Below are positions 19,156-27,623 of a stretch of 64,000 bases of DNA, piece by piece. Source of the DNA: a virus. Position 1 is the stretch's first letter. Every line of letters begins with the position of its first letter. The stretch lies in the IMG/VR virus record IMGVR_UViG_3300046370_000202. One strand, written 5' to 3'. Both the position numbers and the translations under genes were made by a program. The notes under the pieces are model-generated. The model was given only the letters and a program-made list of their open reading frames with translations. It was not told where the DNA came from and searched no databases.

Positions 19156-20397
19156 TTATCCTATAGAGACCGAATATCCGACCCAATCTGGACTTATGCT
19201 ATCGAATGGGACCAGTTTAGTCGGCTGCGCAGATAGATCATTAGTATCATAAATATAAATAGAACCCGTGTAACCATCATCGCCTGGAGCGCCAACAATT
19301 AGTTTATCAAGGAGCGCATCAATTGACATTCCGAACAGGCCAGTGGGTAGGGTCAGTTTAGTCGGTTGTGTGGATAAATCATTGGCGTCATAAACATATA
19401 CTGAACCAGAATCCTCTGGTCCGAAGTTTGGAGATCCGACAAAGATTTTATCGTCAATAGCAGCAACTGATTTTCCAAAGTTATCGCCCGCAGCTCCATC
19501 AAACGCTGTTAGTTTCGTTGGTGTCGCAGAAAGATCATTTGAGTCATAGACGTAAGCTGAACCAGAGTTAGATCCGTTGTCATCGTCATAATGTGCACCA
19601 ACAATAATCTTATCGTCAGTAGCAACAACTGAGATTCCAAAGTTATCACCCTGCACTCCATCAAACGCTGTTAGTTTGGTAGGTGCAGCAGATAGATCAT
19701 TGGCGTCATAGACGTAAGCTGAACCAGAGTTAGATCCGTTGTCATCGTCGTTAAGTGCACCAACGACGATCTTATCAGATGTCGCATCAACTGAGGTTCC
19801 AAAGGAATCAGACGTAGCACCATCAAACGCTGTTAGTTTAGTTGGTTGCGCTGTCAGATCGTTGGTGTCATAAACGTATACAGAACCTGAGTTTTCTGCG
19901 GCGTTGTCGTCATCACTTTCCGCGGCAACAACTAACTTACCATTATTGGCAGAAAGTTGTTTGCCGAATCTATCACTTGCAGCACCATCGAATGCTGTTA
20001 ACTTAGTTGGTTGAGCAGATAGATCGTTCGCGTCATAGACGTATACCGCACCAGAATCAGATCCATTGTCGTCATCATGTGGTGTGCCGACAAAGATTTT
20101 ATCGGCCGTAGCACCAACTGAACTACCAAACTGATCATTAAATCGTCCATTACCGCTTAAAATTAATTTTGTTGATTGATCAGATAAGTTGTTAATGTCA
20201 TAGACGTAGACTGAACCAGAGTTTGTGAAATCTATATCTGAATATGGTACTCCAACTACCAACCAGTTTGCAGATGGGGCTGGTTCCGGTGCTGGTTCTG
20301 GTGACGGAGAAGGAACTGCTGGAGGCGCGTCTGCGTCTACTCCAGTGACTACTGCACCCGCACTAAAGATTGATCCCGATGTAATTTTAGTTGCCAT
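19156..20397 (-). CDS. FG-GAP repeat beta-propeller protein
   Basis: About seven repeats FG.SV...IVVGA..DDDNGSNSGSAYVYD. Confidence 0.85.
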   Translation of the reverse strand: MATKITSGSIFSAGAVVTGVDADAPPAVPSPSPEPAPEPAPSANWLVVGVPYSDIDFTNSGSVYVYDINNLSDQSTKLILSGNGRFNDQFGSSVGATADKIFVGTPHDDDNGSDSGAVYVYDANDLSAQPTKLTAFDGAASDRFGKQLSANNGKLVVAAESDDDNAAENSGSVYVYDTNDLTAQPTKLTAFDGATSDSFGTSVDATSDKIVVGALNDDDNGSNSGSAYVYDANDLSAAPTKLTAFDGVQGDNFGISVVATDDKIIVGAHYDDDNGSNSGSAYVYDSNDLSATPTKLTAFDGAAGDNFGKSVAAIDDKIFVGSPNFGPEDSGSVYVYDANDLSTQPTKLTLPTGLFGMSIDALLDKLIVGAPGDDGYTGSIYIYDTNDLSAQPTKLVPFDSISPDWVGYSVSIG

Positions 20398-20416
20398 TTT
20401 CTTTTAATTCCTTATA

Positions 20417-21739
20417 TTAATCAAGTGGTCCAGGCGCATACAGAGAAACTCCAAATAAATCGTGAGGCACATATTCAGAATATGGTTGCGTGATTGTTTT
20501 TAAAGGCGAAGACAAGTTGTTTATATCAAAAACACGAACTGTGCCTGGTCTATCCGGAATTTCTGGAGTACCTTCATTAGAAGAAGCTATAAGTTTATCA
20601 CCAACAACTTTAACTGCATTCCCAAACTCTGGATTCCAAGCAGGAGTGCCTAAACTGTCTCTGGTAATGCCCAAGTCAAATCCTGAAAGAGTAGTTGGTG
20701 TCGCAGATGGATCGTCGTGAGGCCAAATATAAACTCTACCCGCAGTCAAGTAGTCACCATTAACGTCTTGGCCGTCAAACAGGTGAAAACCGGTAACAAA
20801 GTGAGTATCATTTAAAGCGTTTTGCACGCTTGAGTACTGAGCTTCATTAGGTTCCGCATAATACCTGTTTTTTAATTCTGCGGATAAGATAAATTCATAA
20901 AGTGGGGGATTCAATGGGTTGTTTGAATCATAGACGTATATATTTCCAACACCAGCGCATCCTACTACAAACTTAGATCCGTCTACAGATAAATCAAGTG
21001 ATTTTGCAAACTGACTATATTTAAAGGGCCCCTCAGGTTGTTCAACTAATGTTGGTGGTGATGATAAATCGTTTCTATCGTAAACCCACATAGCACCTGA
21101 GTACAGGTAGTTTGCACTGTCTAAGTTGTGTGAGTAACCCAGTTCACTGAGTACAATATGATTGGGAAGAACAAGTGCAGTTCTACCAAAGGAGAATCCA
21201 TCTACTGGTTCTGAGATTTCTATAGGGTCGGCTGAAAGATCGTTCATATCATACAAATATGCAATTCCGCCACTCCAACAGCTCACCAGAAGAGAATCTT
21301 CATCGCCTGAAAGAGAAAGACCAAACTGCATATATTCAGTTGGATTTGAAGGCGATAATGTTGTGACGAGTTGATTTAAATCATTGACATCATAAACATA
21401 AACCACGCCTTGGCTGCTTACGGTCTCTGAGTCAACCCCCCTACTCCCAATAAAAAGGTACTTTGAAGATCTATATGCCGAACTTCCATATTGACCACCT
21501 TCCGTTGAAGAAACCTTTATAATAGGTTCTTGTGTAAGGTCATCTAGGTCATAGATGTATACCGAACCATCATTAATAGGACCATTTTCTGGAGTGTCAT
21601 CGTATTGTGATAACAAGAAAAGTGGATTTGTTGACAATGGTATCGGAGGTTCTGGTGGTGCAACATAGTTCTCGTTAGTGCCTGGAGTAAACGTAACGTT
21701 TCCAAATACTGAAGTGCCTGGTCTTAATTTGAATCCCAT
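20417..21739 (-). CDS. divergent FG-GAP-like beta-propeller protein
   Basis: FG.S...G.VYVYD.NDL repeats. Confidence 0.7.
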   Translation of the reverse strand: MGFKLRPGTSVFGNVTFTPGTNENYVAPPEPPIPLSTNPLFLLSQYDDTPENGPINDGSVYIYDLDDLTQEPIIKVSSTEGGQYGSSAYRSSKYLFIGSRGVDSETVSSQGVVYVYDVNDLNQLVTTLSPSNPTEYMQFGLSLSGDEDSLLVSCWSGGIAYLYDMNDLSADPIEISEPVDGFSFGRTALVLPNHIVLSELGYSHNLDSANYLYSGAMWVYDRNDLSSPPTLVEQPEGPFKYSQFAKSLDLSVDGSKFVVGCAGVGNIYVYDSNNPLNPPLYEFILSAELKNRYYAEPNEAQYSSVQNALNDTHFVTGFHLFDGQDVNGDYLTAGRVYIWPHDDPSATPTTLSGFDLGITRDSLGTPAWNPEFGNAVKVVGDKLIASSNEGTPEIPDRPGTVRVFDINNLSSPLKTITQPYSEYVPHDLFGVSLYAPGPLD

Positions 21740-21765
21740 TTTAGTTTCCGTTATCTTTAATTAGA

Positions 21766-22038
21766 TTACGCCAAATCCTTATCGTGATTTAGGCCGCCTT
21801 TTTTCTTTTTAACAATGAACGCGTTGACTCGCGCCATTCCCCATTGTTGCGGTGTGGTGCCAGGCCGATGACCTGTCTTCCACGCAGCAACTCCACGATT
21901 ATAAACTTTTCTCAAGGTATCTGGTGAGATACCCGACTTCTTCGCCTTCGCAGCGATACCATCCGGACCTTCGTCCAGATCAATACTATCATATACTGAA
22001 TATCGTTTTTCGTCAAGATAGTTTTTAAAAGATATCAT
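21766..22038 (-). CDS. conserved internal-protein-like hypothetical
   Basis: MISFKNYLDE; VYNRG.AAW.TGHRPG.T.QQW..ARVN.F. Confidence 0.7.
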   Translation of the reverse strand: MISFKNYLDEKRYSVYDSIDLDEGPDGIAAKAKKSGISPDTLRKVYNRGVAAWKTGHRPGTTPQQWGMARVNAFIVKKKKGGLNHDKDLA

Positions 22039-23372
22039 GCCAATTTCCTTATCATTCCCGCAAGTACTTTTGCGTCAATATCTAGACTGAACTTGCGAAT
22101 GGTATCTGCGGCTGCAAACTCCGGAGACGTGTACTTACCCTTTTGCATCTCACGTTTAATGTGTTGCGCCACTTTGCGATATTTGTCTTTATTTATAGTT
22201 TTTGAACCGACACGATTCATTAAATCGGTCACCCAGTTCTCAATTAAATCAGTGCTTTCTGGTACACAGTCCGGTACCATCTTCTTACCCTTCTTCTTCA
22301 TACCGACTTGTTTGTAACCGTCCCAGCAATCTTCGTCGTACATATCCTTGAACGACTTGGTATACTTGGATGGTTTAGTCTTGGCGGTCTTATCTCCAGG
22401 CGCAGGTTTATAGGCAGATGAATCGTCGTCATCTTTCTTGCCGTGTTTCTTGAAGTGCGCATCGCGCTTTGCTTTGGTGGACTTCTTCAGTCCGGAGTGA
22501 TATCGTGCAGGCTGAGTACCCTCACGATCTTTGATGTCTGGATCTTGTTTCTCAACAAGCTCAACAGAATCTAACCACTTGCGTAGTTTCTTACCGTCAG
22601 ATGTTTCTACGATAACGTAGTTCGCACCTAGAACGGATACGGTAGCGATCTCTTCAGATTCTTTAATAACTACCGTATCACCAACTCCAAACAGTTCACC
22701 CGAAACATATTGTTCACGAGTTTCTGATACTGTTTCTAGTTCTAAGTGATTACGGAATTCGCTGGCTTCCTTGAGTCCCATACCTGTACGCACGTCGTTG
22801 AATAACTTACGTGTGTCTGGGTTTGACATAGACTTAGGAACGCCCTGAGAGAATGCAACGAAATCATTCTTTGACGCGTTCTCTCTTTGTTTAGAGGCAG
22901 ACATACCCTCTACGCCGCTAGCGTCCGGATCTCTCTTACCTGCAGATACTATCTTAATGCTTTTAAAATTGTAAAAACCATGTCTTGCTTTCTGTCCGTT
23001 GTATTTGTTCAACAGGACTTCGAATTCTGTAATACGATCTGCACCGACAACCATAGTAACTGACTTGTAACCTTGGTTGTACAGTGTGACCATTGCGTTG
23101 ATAGCGGTCTTGACAGACTTATCAACCATGACGTTCCGTGCATGTTTTGGAAACATCTTGCGAGTGTGTTTGATTTTGTCGGTATACGACAGAGGATTCT
23201 TTTTCGCGTCTTGGGATTGTGACACGAAGACTTTATAGTCAGCTTTGCCTGACTTCTGCGCTAACGCGTCCATCACCTTACCGTGTCCTACGGTAGGTGG
23301 GTTCATACGTCCGAATGTAAAGTAGACCTCGCGTTCTTCTTCAACGAGGTACTGACTGAAATTCTTAATCAC
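22035..23372 (-). CDS. HxGH-class (cytidylyltransferase-like) nucleotidyltransferase
   Basis: FGRMNPPT.GH, KNPL, VVG.DR, MSAS motifs; basic C-terminal extensions. Confidence 0.8.
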   Translation of the reverse strand: MIKNFSQYLVEEEREVYFTFGRMNPPTVGHGKVMDALAQKSGKADYKVFVSQSQDAKKNPLSYTDKIKHTRKMFPKHARNVMVDKSVKTAINAMVTLYNQGYKSVTMVVGADRITEFEVLLNKYNGQKARHGFYNFKSIKIVSAGKRDPDASGVEGMSASKQRENASKNDFVAFSQGVPKSMSNPDTRKLFNDVRTGMGLKEASEFRNHLELETVSETREQYVSGELFGVGDTVVIKESEEIATVSVLGANYVIVETSDGKKLRKWLDSVELVEKQDPDIKDREGTQPARYHSGLKKSTKAKRDAHFKKHGKKDDDDSSAYKPAPGDKTAKTKPSKYTKSFKDMYDEDCWDGYKQVGMKKKGKKMVPDCVPESTDLIENWVTDLMNRVGSKTINKDKYRKVAQHIKREMQKGKYTSPEFAAADTIRKFSLDIDAKVLAGMIRKLA

Positions 23373-23740
23373 TTTTCTGCGCCGCCCTGTCTCTTAGCTC
23401 TCTTTCTATCTATCTCTTGGCGACGAACCGTTTTCATCAACTTACGTGACTGACGGTCTATTCGTGATTGTACAGCAGGTCTCGCTAAACGCTTCTCGAT
23501 TTCTTTCTTACGAGCAATAGACATATCACCTTTGTCTTGACCTTTGGTGATTTTTGATACCATCGCCTTTCTTGCTTGACGACGTGCACGTTTCTGAAGA
23601 ACCTCTTTCGAAGCCATCTTACGTTCTGCGCGTTTGCGACCTAGTGCAATACGAGTTTTATTCTTTTTCATTTTCATAGCGAGCTTGCGACGTTGGGTCG
23701 CATCAAGCACTTCGCTTACGAACTGTTTAAACGATAGCAT
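23369..23740 (-). CDS. highly basic putative internal protein
   Basis: MLSFKQFVSE; R/K-rich. Confidence 0.65.
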   Translation of the reverse strand: MLSFKQFVSEVLDATQRRKLAMKMKKNKTRIALGRKRAERKMASKEVLQKRARRQARKAMVSKITKGQDKGDMSIARKKEIEKRLARPAVQSRIDRQSRKLMKTVRRQEIDRKRAKRQGGAEK

Positions 23741-23772
23741 AACTATCTTATCCCCTATTGGTTTATTCCATG

Positions 23773-24993
23773 TTATCTACGAGCTGAATCCCAACCCTTT
23801 AATATATCGGACGAAAAGTTGTTGTATGAAAATTCCATACGGTCAACCAATTTCACCGCGTCACCACCAAGTGTATCAATTGCAACATATCCTTCTTCGC
23901 CAGTCACTTTGTAACCATTAGAAGTTTTCACGAAAGTATCAATCGATTTAAGTTTGTCCAAACTATTTATAAGTTTTAATTTCACTAATACGATCAATTT
24001 TTGCAACTCAAACATTTTTACTAGGTTTGCCTTGTTTGTGGCAGAGAAAAACTCCATCTCATCCTTCATTTTGGCAATCCAATTGTCCTTACCTCGCTGA
24101 GATTTCTTACTTGCAATCTCTTTTGCGTAGTAGGCTTGTCTGTTACTTATCAGTCCGTTAACGTGCTTTCTTGAGTCCGGAAGTACTGTACCCGCACGAA
24201 CGAATGAGTTATTGTATGTCTCGATTGACTGTGCGAACTCGGGGTTGTCCGCGACAGTTTTCAAGGTAGTTGCAGAAGTCTGTTTGAATAGACGACCTAT
24301 CTGTGTTAGTAAATCATTGACCGATTTGGTTTCGCGTTCAGTCATTGTAGCTTTAGTCGCATCTTTTAACATCGCATCTTGTGACCATACGTTGCGTGAC
24401 TTTCGCAACTTACTGACATCAACACCGTAGTCTGCTTTCATGTTCTCAAAAGATGTACCCGTGTATGTTGTGTGCCATACGATACCGATCTTAGCGGCAC
24501 GTACTTCTTTCGCTTGATCATAGGGAACTGCGTATGCGATTGTGTTTGGGTGAAATACGCTGTACTTCTGACCGTCAATGGTCTTAGTAGTGACATCTCC
24601 ATCACCGAATAAAAAGTCGCCTTGAATGACGCCTTTGATGCCTAGAGCTGGTAAATACTTGAGCGCGTCTTTCAACTTAGAGTTTAGATCGCCCGACGTA
24701 TCAGCATCAATGTCTGCGTCGGTCTTATAGACCTTTGGGTTCTTGTTGAAGATGCCTTTCTTAGCAACGAAGAACTCGCCGTCTGAAGGATCGGTACCAC
24801 AGAAGATCGCAGGCGCACCGTCCCACTTTACAGAGATGCGACCTTTTGATGTGCCAGATAACATATCGCGTAGTCCACGCAAGGCATTGATTGCCTGACG
24901 CGTCCCGTCAACTCCACCGTACAGGACCTTGTCCTCGATGTGAGTCATATGCGTATTCTTTTGTTCTGTGATAAAGTTACTGAAGTTTTCCAT
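23773..24993 (-). CDS. ligase-like nucleotidyltransferase (DUF6267-like)
   Basis: KWDG (motif I), QGD (III), EGYV (IV), VKLV (V); start re-called at MENFSNFITE. Confidence 0.65.
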   Translation of the reverse strand: MENFSNFITEQKNTHMTHIEDKVLYGGVDGTRQAINALRGLRDMLSGTSKGRISVKWDGAPAIFCGTDPSDGEFFVAKKGIFNKNPKVYKTDADIDADTSGDLNSKLKDALKYLPALGIKGVIQGDFLFGDGDVTTKTIDGQKYSVFHPNTIAYAVPYDQAKEVRAAKIGIVWHTTYTGTSFENMKADYGVDVSKLRKSRNVWSQDAMLKDATKATMTERETKSVNDLLTQIGRLFKQTSATTLKTVADNPEFAQSIETYNNSFVRAGTVLPDSRKHVNGLISNRQAYYAKEIASKKSQRGKDNWIAKMKDEMEFFSATNKANLVKMFELQKLIVLVKLKLINSLDKLKSIDTFVKTSNGYKVTGEEGYVAIDTLGGDAVKLVDRMEFSYNNFSSDILKGWDSARR

Positions 24994-24994
24994 A

Positions 24995-26398
24995 TTAGTA
25001 TAGTTTCGCAAATGGTCCAAATAGATCGCCCTTTTTCTGACCAAGATATGAGATATCAGATAAAAGGTCGCTTACTTTATTAATGTCACGTATCGTAAAT
25101 ATCTCATTAAGCAAATCCAACTGCATCAACTTACTATTCGCAACAGCTCTTTCATTGTCGTTCTTCGAACTGTCAAACACTGTTCGCATGTTATCAATAA
25201 ATTCTTTTTCTGACTTGATATTCATTTCAACACGACCTGTACGATTAAGTGATTTAAATCGCCCGACGTGAACGTCCTGTTCTTTCAAAAAATCTTCTAG
25301 ACTTTGGGGATATTTTCTCCAAGATCTCCACCGATCATAATTTTTGACACCATAAGATCTAAGTGCCGCAGAGACCATGTCTAGTGGCGCTTTACCTAGT
25401 CTCGCGGCCCGCGCACTAACATCGGTACCTTCAATCTTTAAGTTGTTGAATCCACGCGAGTTCTGTCTTATCTGAAAGTTGATGGTTACCTTGCTCGACG
25501 CAATCTGAAAAGACGATTCTGTGTTAACAAAAGAAGTGCCTGACAGAGACAGATTTAATTTTGATTCTTGAAAATCAAACCGATATTCATCGCCGTCAAA
25601 TAGGTCTTCTCCATCAAAGTTTACCAGTTCCCATCTTGCAGTTTTACCGGACATCTTCTTCAAAGAAATGCCTACGACTTGACGACTGTTGAACATATCT
25701 TGAAGAATTGCATTAAACTCTGGAAGCGATGTTGAGTTATCCCTAATTTTTGAGTCTAGGTCTCGTTTCGCCTTTGATAAATCTGCGACCAACCAAATGT
25801 CAGCCGGGTTCCACGTATCTTTTTGTGTTATGCCATACAACTCTTTACAAGTGTCTGTGATGTAATCCATGAACCCGCCATCACGACTGTAGTGACCATA
25901 CTGTGTATTGCCAACTTTCTGTTGTGTCAACTTCTGTTGTTCAAAGAAAACATTCTCCCAGTATTCGTCCATGGCAGGATATTCTTTCAAGAGATCTTCA
26001 CGATATAGTTTTAAAAACGTTTCTTTATTAGTATATCCATTTTTCTCAATACCTTTCTGAATCGCTAACAAACTGGCTCGTTCTTGCATCGCAGTGGTCT
26101 TACCGTCTGGTTTACCACTTTTTCCGCCCATTCCACTAAACGGCGACTTGTCTATTTCGGTCCACTTATATCCATTGAATATAGGCGCATAGTTATTTCC
26201 AGACTTTGCCGAAACATTGACCTGAGTTATGTTTTGTTTCTCTACAGCAGACACAAACTTTTTGACTAAGTCTGTCTGATTGATTACTTGAGAAACATTG
26301 CCCTTAAACTTAACAGGTTCACCATTAGTGATTTTGTCAGCAAGCATGTTTAAGTATGGCTTAGAAAACTTGAAGTCCCCGCCAGCAAGCATTGCCAT
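24995..26398 (-). CDS. putative PD-(D/E)XK-type endonuclease
   Basis: QE...WNPADIW...GISLKK motif. Confidence 0.55.
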   Translation of the reverse strand: MAMLAGGDFKFSKPYLNMLADKITNGEPVKFKGNVSQVINQTDLVKKFVSAVEKQNITQVNVSAKSGNNYAPIFNGYKWTEIDKSPFSGMGGKSGKPDGKTTAMQERASLLAIQKGIEKNGYTNKETFLKLYREDLLKEYPAMDEYWENVFFEQQKLTQQKVGNTQYGHYSRDGGFMDYITDTCKELYGITQKDTWNPADIWLVADLSKAKRDLDSKIRDNSTSLPEFNAILQDMFNSRQVVGISLKKMSGKTARWELVNFDGEDLFDGDEYRFDFQESKLNLSLSGTSFVNTESSFQIASSKVTINFQIRQNSRGFNNLKIEGTDVSARAARLGKAPLDMVSAALRSYGVKNYDRWRSWRKYPQSLEDFLKEQDVHVGRFKSLNRTGRVEMNIKSEKEFIDNMRTVFDSSKNDNERAVANSKLMQLDLLNEIFTIRDINKVSDLLSDISYLGQKKGDLFGPFAKLY

Positions 26399-26427
26399 GT
26401 AATAGTCTCCGTAATTACTTTATCGTA

Positions 26428-26455
26428 AGTATAACAGACACTATTTATATGTCAA
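26428..26455 (-). promoter_or_regulatory. nested sigma70 (TTGACA...TATACT) and late (TATAAATA) promoters
   Basis: TATAAATA at 26442-26449 lies in the spacer of the sigma70-like promoter. Confidence 0.55.
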
Positions 26456-27122
26456 GGGCATTTCCAGAATTTTCTGCATTATATTGCGCAATTGTGTCGC
26501 GGAGAGGACGAACCCAATTGTCTCTATGTTCAATAAAGACTTGTGGTTCGTGGTTGTCTACAGAAATGATGGTGACTAGTTGGGTGATGGGCCTTCCCGT
26601 CCGTTCTTCCCACATAATAGCGTAGGCGGACTCTTGCATGAAATAGTTTTTGACCCATTCAAGTCGTTTTGGTTTAAGTGAGGTTTTAAAGTCGATGATA
26701 GACAACTTACCATCAAACTCAGCAACACAGTCCACACGACCAGCCACACCCAGATGATTGGAGTAGAGAGGTGCTTCCTGTGCAAATACTCTGCCAATGC
26801 GGCTATCGAGAATGGGCTGAAGATCAAGGAAACTACTAATAATATCTGGAGTATATCCATTTTTGAAACTCTCTTCATTGTTGATGTATTTCTCAACCAC
26901 TTCATGGACTGCAGTACCGCGTGTAGATGCGCGATGAGAAATGCGGTTTGCTTCTTCGTTACCGACTTTTTTACGCCACTTTGCGATAGACTCGCGTGAA
27001 AGTATAGAGAGTACGGTGGTTATAGAGGGAAGGTTGATACCTTCGGGCGTTTTATACTCACGGCGACCATTGCGGTTCTCCGTTTTCATTTCAGTCAATT
27101 CAATAGGTACATGTTCAAACAT
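26445..27122 (-). CDS. PD-(D/E)XK exonuclease
   Basis: PSITTVL, RGT.VH, AGRVD...IIDFKTS, Q..AYA. Confidence 0.85.
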   Translation of the reverse strand: MFEHVPIELTEMKTENRNGRREYKTPEGINLPSITTVLSILSRESIAKWRKKVGNEEANRISHRASTRGTAVHEVVEKYINNEESFKNGYTPDIISSFLDLQPILDSRIGRVFAQEAPLYSNHLGVAGRVDCVAEFDGKLSIIDFKTSLKPKRLEWVKNYFMQESAYAIMWEERTGRPITQLVTIISVDNHEPQVFIEHRDNWVRPLRDTIAQYNAENSGNALDI

Positions 27123-27253
27123 TATCTATAATTATCCAAGTCATTTTCATCTATGGATCTTCGCTCTCTTCTCACGAGGTATGATAAAAAGATTACACTG
27201 GAGACTAATATAACTCCAATGGTAGCAAAGAAATATAATAAGAATTCTAACAT
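27122..27253 (-). CDS. small membrane protein (43 aa)
   Basis: Manual: MLEFLLYFFATIGVILVSSVIFLSYLVRRERR...; TAATG coupling. Confidence 0.5.
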   Translation of the reverse strand: MLEFLLYFFATIGVILVSSVIFLSYLVRRERRSIDENDLDNYR

Positions 27254-27282
27254 AAAAACTCTCACTTGTCAATAGCAAAAGA

Positions 27283-27441
27283 TCCCCACAAGTACGGCGC
27301 CTTTTAGACATTTTGTTTGGTGAAACTTGATATAACTCTGCTGGCATTTTTACATGCACGATTTGAGAGATCTGCAGATCTTATCAGTGCGCCCGTGCGC
27401 AAAATTCACTCTATGTCAGACTAACCGTACTCTGTGGGGGA
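27283..27441 (-). ncRNA. ~160-nt rod-shaped structured RNA (6S-like candidate)
   Basis: Nested complementarity CCCCACA.AGTACGG/CCGTACTTGTGGGG, GACAT/ATGTC, GTGAA/TTCAC, GCACG/CGTGC, AGATCT-GC-AGATCT. Confidence 0.55.
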
Positions 27442-27443
27442 AC

Positions 27444-27519
27444 TGGTGGAGCTAGAGGGAGTCGAACCCACGACCTCTTGAATGCAAATCAAGCGCTCTC
27501 CCAACTGAGCTATAGCCCC
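27444..27519 (-). tRNA. tRNA-Ala(TGC)
   Basis: Cloverleaf, G3:U70, GTTCGA, CCA. Confidence 0.95.
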
Positions 27520-27529
27520 CTTATCTGTC

Positions 27530-27537
27530 TATTTATA
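27530..27537 (-). promoter_or_regulatory. late promoter TATAAATA
   Basis: Exact consensus just upstream of tRNA-Ala. Confidence 0.65.
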
Positions 27538-27549
27538 CCACATTAATAT

Positions 27550-27617
27550 TGGAGCGGAGCGTAGGAACTTCCCCTACCTCAGCGAGGGGTACTCGCCGAC
27601 TCAATACTGAACTCCGC
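27550..27617 (-). ncRNA. non-canonical tRNA-Gly-like RNA, copy 1
   Basis: GCGGAGT/GCTCCGC-T-CCA acceptor; 8-bp stem with TACCC loop; GTAGG/CCTAC T-stem. Confidence 0.75.
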
Positions 27618-27623
27618 AAAACT

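Noticed and set aside
26445-27122. Cas4/CRISPR association
   Set aside because: No Fe-S cysteine cluster, array or other cas genes; an ordinary phage PD-(D/E)XK exonuclease
27147-27359. 70-aa minus-strand ORF
   Set aside because: It overlaps the structured RNA and a better-coupled 43-aa membrane ORF
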